Shown piece after piece: positions 23,124 through 24,598 of a stretch of DNA of 24,598 nt. Source of the DNA: an uncultured archaeon (GTDB taxonomy: Archaea > Nanohalarchaeota > Nanosalinia > Nanosalinales > Nanosalinaceae); NCBI GenBank assembly GCA_964421955.1, contig CAYQYU010000014.1:1-24598 (forward strand). The letters are read 5' to 3'. The position numbers were made by a program, and so were the translations under genes. Below the pieces are notes generated by a model that ran no database searches, was not told where the DNA came from, and was given only the letters and a program-made list of their open reading frames with translations. Positions within the stretch are counted from its first letter, which is position 1, and every line of letters begins with the position of its first letter.

Positions 23124-23657
23124 ATGGATGACGATTCGAGAATGGTTGTAGATTACGCTGTAAAATCTTCAATGCCGGCTCCATCAAGGGCAGATGAAAG
23201 AGAGCGAAGCTATGATTCACATCAGAGAAGTAGAGGAGCTGTACTTTCTCTACAAGACAACGTATGGGAAGACACCGTAACTGTATTCCTCGGAAACGGG
23301 AGAGAAGTTGGAACATACGAACTTGAATCCGAAGAAGGACCGAAGACCCTTGACAGAATTAACGGTGGAGGATTTGTAGAAGGAGAAGATTCTGCTGAAG
23401 ACTACACAATGAGAGAAGTCCTGGAGAAAACTATCGGTCAAGAAGCGTCTCAAGAGGTAATGTCTCAAGTAGGAGTTGAAGATGCACAGCTCAACGGAGT
23501 TTACAGAGGAATGACTGAAGAAGGAGAAGAACCAGGTAGAAGAACATCTATGCCAATGTATGAGACTCAAGAAACATTCACAGTAGGCGAAGAAGTAGAC
23601 GTAGATGAACTAGTAGGAGATGTAGAATTTGATGAATATGGTCAAATAGATGAGTAA
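23124..23657 (+). CDS. Acidic protein of unknown function
   Basis: A 177-aa ORF in a lower-GC region, with no recognisable motif. Confidence 0.5.
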   Translation: MDDDSRMVVDYAVKSSMPAPSRADERERSYDSHQRSRGAVLSLQDNVWEDTVTVFLGNGREVGTYELESEEGPKTLDRINGGGFVEGEDSAEDYTMREVLEKTIGQEASQEVMSQVGVEDAQLNGVYRGMTEEGEEPGRRTSMPMYETQETFTVGEEVDVDELVGDVEFDEYGQIDE

Positions 23658-23789
23658 TATCTCTCCTCTCTTTATCACTTTCTTTATACAGAAAAACAGG
23701 AGAAACTTTTCAACCACCTTAATAGTTTAGTAGAAACAGGGATACAGCAATATTGAAGTCAGTCCTAAACGAGTCCTCGGAACTGTCTA

Positions 23790-24598
23790 TTATCTTTCGT
23801 TCGCAGGTATTGTGAACTGCTTGAGGTCTTCATATAGCAGCTTTTCAGGGTGCTTATCCCACCATTTTACTTCTTCAACTTCACTCTCCTGTGGTTTAGG
23901 TTCTCCTGAGACATATTCTCCTTTGAAGATAACCAATAGGTTGTAGATGTATCTTTCTTTGTATTCTTGGTGTTGAAGTTTCACTTTGTCTACATTCTGT
24001 ATTCCTGTGATTTCTGCTTCTACATTTGCTTCTTCTTTTGTTTCTCTTTTGGCAGCTGTTTCGAAGCTTTCTCCATTTTCATGATGTCCTCCCGGGTCGC
24101 CCCATTCTTCGTCTCCTTTATTCTTTACCAGAAGTACTTCTCCTTCTTCATTGGTGAGCCAAATTCCGGCTCCACCGTAACCACCTTCTTTGAAATTCTC
24201 AGTTTCAGTTTCTAATCCTTCTTCAGATACTTTCCAGGTTTTCTCATTTACTTCAAAATCTCCATACTTCGTCTTTAATTCTTCAATTAGTTCATTAACT
24301 TTGTTCTCGGACAATTCAACCAAATTGAGTTCTTTCTCATAGATTGTATTTACTTCAAAAGCGTTGAACTTTTCCTTTAATCTGTCTCGCAGTTCCGGAG
24401 TGTACTCCTCGAATTCGGCATATAGAAACTTGGTATCTTGGTCTACATCCTTCTCATCTACGACTTCTTCCTCTTGGTTATAGTTCTCAGGTTGCTCCTC
24501 TTTATTAACTTGTAGCATTATCTGAACAGGTTCATAACCGTTCTTCTGGTAGAATTCCTCTACATTATCTGCTGATGCTACTGTAACTTTGTCTGCAT
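23790..24598 (-). CDS. Nudix hydrolase domain protein; reading frame stays open to the right window edge (possibly an N-terminal GNAT-like domain beyond the window)
   Basis: The Nudix box is GGHHENGESFETAAKRETKEEANV (G-x5-E-x7-RE-x2-EE). Upstream of the track's Met at 24518 the same frame has no stop (..ADKVTVASADNVEEFYQKNGYEPVQI-MLQV..). EEFYQKNGYEP resembles the C-terminal fYek.GF motif of GNAT acetyltransferases. Confidence 0.75.
   Translation of the reverse strand, partial: ADKVTVASADNVEEFYQKNGYEPVQIMLQVNKEEQPENYNQEEEVVDEKDVDQDTKFLYAEFEEYTPELRDRLKEKFNAFEVNTIYEKELNLVELSENKVNELIEELKTKYGDFEVNEKTWKVSEEGLETETENFKEGGYGGAGIWLTNEEGEVLLVKNKGDEEWGDPGGHHENGESFETAAKRETKEEANVEAEITGIQNVDKVKLQHQEYKERYIYNLLVIFKGEYVSGEPKPQESEVEEVKWWDKHPEKLLYEDLKQFTIPANER

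Overview
This window looks archaeal, probably from a halophilic, small-genome lineage (Nanohaloarchaeota/DPANN-like is a guess). Supporting signs are very acidic predicted proteins, AT-rich TATA-like boxes about 25-30 nt upstream of many start codons (leaderless style), a tRNA-Tyr with the archaeal/eukaryal C1-G72 pair, and a stand-alone archaeal-type 5S rRNA. Positions 1 to about 20,700 are mostly housekeeping. They hold ileS (partial), a HIT protein, a TRAM protein, thiI, an SDR, a 2-hydroxyacid dehydrogenase, a BdbC/DsbB-like plus DsbA-like pair, tRNA-Ser, two HAD hydrolases, an NcsA/TtuA-type tRNA thiolase and a sugar nucleotidyltransferase. They also hold htpX, 5S rRNA, an NSUN-type m5C RNA methyltransferase, a family-4 UDG, a DUF4397 protein and tRNA-Tyr. 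From about 20,720 to the right edge, composition drops: hand counts give 22-37% GC per 60 nt, against about 60% in a core-gene line. The content there looks accessory: a roughly 500-bp AT-rich orphan intergenic region, a PRTase-like plus small wHTH two-gene cassette, small unknown ORFs, a tRNA 3'-end fragment, and a low-GC Nudix gene open at the edge. The two best candidates for something undescribed are (1) the tRNA loci and (2) the PRTase-wHTH cassette. At the tRNA loci, tRNA-Ser is followed by two tandem partial copies of its own 3' end that keep hairpins where the variable arm sits. tRNA-Tyr is preceded by a copy of its own first 14 nt, and the only good TATA box sits upstream of that copy. 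The PRTase-wHTH cassette is flanked by a near-identical 15-17 nt element and by structured AT-rich non-coding DNA. I found no CRISPR array, transposase, integrase or reverse transcriptase. All calls come from reading the sequence and ORF translations by eye, with no searches run.
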